A stretch of DNA of 64,000 nucleotides. Source: Gammaproteobacteria bacterium. GTDB taxonomy: Bacteria; Pseudomonadota; Gammaproteobacteria; Eutrophobiales; Eutrophobiaceae. Below are positions 63,648 through 64,000 of this stretch, piece by piece. The notes below the pieces were generated by a model. That model made no database searches and was not told the DNA's origin. It was given only the letters and a program-made list of their open reading frames with translations. Numbering within the stretch: the stretch's first letter is position 1; every line of letters begins with the position of its first letter. The stretch covers positions 64,001 through 128,000 of the forward strand of contig CAXMWX010000009.1 of assembly GCA_963422205.2 (NCBI GenBank), given 5' to 3'. The translations under genes and the position numbers were made by a program.

Positions 63648-64000
63648 TTATCGTAACCCAAGGATTCTGGCAACACGGTCGCTGAGTTCATATTGCCTGT
63701 TCTCATCTTCTCTGATCAGGAAAATACGGCCATCTGCCACCACATAATGAAATTGAATGCGGCGGCCATCGGCGGTAACAGTCACTGTGTCGGCCCCTGT
63801 TTGTCGGGTGATGGGTGTCAGCGTATCTGCCTCCGCCACTTGCCAGTGCTCAATGATCGTGCCGAGTTGCTGTTGCGTCAAGCCGTTGGCCGGTGTTGCC
63901 AGCCAGCCAGCCGCCTGCCGATGTATCGTCAGCCCCGGCAGGCGGATATGGCTGATGGTCGAGTCCGGCGGCAATACCTGTTTGCTGATAAAGAACATCG
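63648..64000 (-). CDS. hypothetical protein, 5' part beyond the window
   Basis: Open frame running to the window edge, ending 10 bp before the mutM start; no family recognised with confidence. Confidence 0.55.
   Translation of the reverse strand, partial: MFFISKQVLPPDSTISHIRLPGLTIHRQAAGWLATPANGLTQQQLGTIIEHWQVAEADTLTPITRQTGADTVTVTADGRRIQFHYVVADGRIFLIREDENRQYELSDRVARILGLR

Overview
Origin-proximal core chromosome of a GC-rich Gammaproteobacterium. The gene order resembles Chromatiales/Nitrosococcales/Xanthomonadales-type genomes, but taxonomy cannot be fixed from sequence alone. Order: lptCAB, rpoN-hpf-ptsN-hprK-rapZ-EIIA-ptsH-ptsI, mgtE, a two-gene putative type II R-M cassette, polA, hisA-hisF-[2-gene insert]-hisI-hisE-tatABC, LPS genes (including an O-antigen ligase/GT9 fusion), mnmE-yidC-yidD-rnpA-rpmH | dnaA-(probable oriC)-dnaN-recF-gyrB, comF/bioBFCD, a caa3-type cytochrome c oxidase cluster, rpoH-ftsXEY, an M16 peptidase pair, rsmD-coaD-ferredoxin-ggt and mutM. 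Cis-elements read directly from the DNA: DnaA boxes, two parS palindromes inside recF, a BirA-type operator before bioB and a perfect CIRCE element before rpoH. The accessory or unexplained parts are small: (i) a putative REase plus M.NlaIII-like methylase after mgtE; (ii) an insert inside the his operon encoding an unknown, C-terminally anchored protein split at an A9 tract plus an M.EcoRV-like methylase with an apparent in-frame deletion; (iii) a 35-bp direct-repeat pair upstream of ftsY. rpoN (twice) and rapZ carry +1 frameshifts that may be sequencing errors. No rRNA, tRNA, transposase, integrase or cas gene was seen. Family assignments rest on recalled motifs and synteny; no database searches were run, and no large novel system is firmly supported.
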